A stretch of 64,000 nt of DNA from a virus. The notes under the pieces are model-generated. The model was not told the DNA's origin. It made no database searches and saw nothing but the letters and a program-made list of their open reading frames with translations. The stretch spans positions 96,001-160,000 of IMG/VR virus record IMGVR_UViG_3300044614_002195; one strand, 5' to 3'. The position numbers were made by a program, and so were the translations under genes. Of the stretch, positions 63,511-64,000 are shown in pieces (the stretch's first letter is position 1; each line of letters starts with the position of its first letter).

Positions 63511-63850
63511 AGCTATCAGGCCCCCTAATGTAATATACGATATCCTGGTATAGTAATTTGATGAATAATACATACATTATGCTTGGTTGTAGTCTGCTAG
63601 GATTTATTGATATGGAAATATACAAAAAAGTACAATATCAACCCGAAGCGCCGCTGTGGGTGGGTTTGATAGCTGTTAGTACCATTGTATTTGTATCTTC
63701 CGTATTCAATATACTAGAAAACCAAGACTAGCGTACCCCTCCCCCTACCCCCCCACCTAAAATAGGGGGTTTAGAGGTATATTATATTGAACGGGCTTGA
63801 TTAGTTTTTCAAGTCCACAAAAAAACCCAAAAACAAAACAAAACAAAAAT

Positions 63851-64000
63851 ATGTCTGAACCAGTAACAACAACAACAGCGTCAGTGTTTATGCCATCGCC
63901 AATCCAATGCGTAATTGCCGGAGTGGCGCTAGGGTTTGGCGCAACCCTAGGCTATAAGTTTGCCTGCGCCTCATCAGAAGCAGTAAGCGAAGGGCTACAA
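63851..64000 (+). CDS. Membrane protein, 3'-truncated by window edge
   Basis: MSEPVTTTTASVFMPSPIQCVIAGVALGFGATLGYKF...; A-rich leader. Confidence 0.55.
   Translation, partial: MSEPVTTTTASVFMPSPIQCVIAGVALGFGATLGYKFACASSEAVSEGLQ

Noticed and set aside
1-64000. Stop-codon reassignment
   Set aside because: TAA, TAG and TGA all end well-formed genes, core genes are uninterrupted, and there is no suppressor tRNA.

Overview
This is a 64-kb piece of an AT-rich, gene-dense, large tailed dsDNA bacteriophage (standard genetic code; no rRNA, CRISPR array or integrase seen). The plus strand carries: a Ycf46-like AAA/DUF3150/DUF1257/DUF2997/WGR-like module; Mre11 and Rad50 separated by about 30 small accessory ORFs including UvsE; a replication core (SF2 helicase, primase, DnaB, family A polymerase with a UDG-like N-terminus, SSB-like protein, RecA, RuvC-like resolvase, HhH glycosylase); a tmRNA and 7 tRNAs; dNMP kinase, ThyX, RNA ligase, PNK, DNA ligase and a sigma factor; and Ig/FN3 virion-type proteins. 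The minus strand carries the terminase large subunit and a portal/lysis block. The strongest candidate for a novel system is a phage-encoded ubiquitin-like conjugation cassette at 29870-33650: a small Ubl ending in GG-HK, a 699-aa protein with an E2-like Cys at its C-terminus, a JAB isopeptidase and a ThiF/E1 enzyme, possibly working with the Cdc48-like AAA module. The second is a twice-repeated, covarying structured RNA motif lying just 5' of the tmRNA and of tRNA-Asn. All family assignments come from motif recognition by eye; no searches were run.
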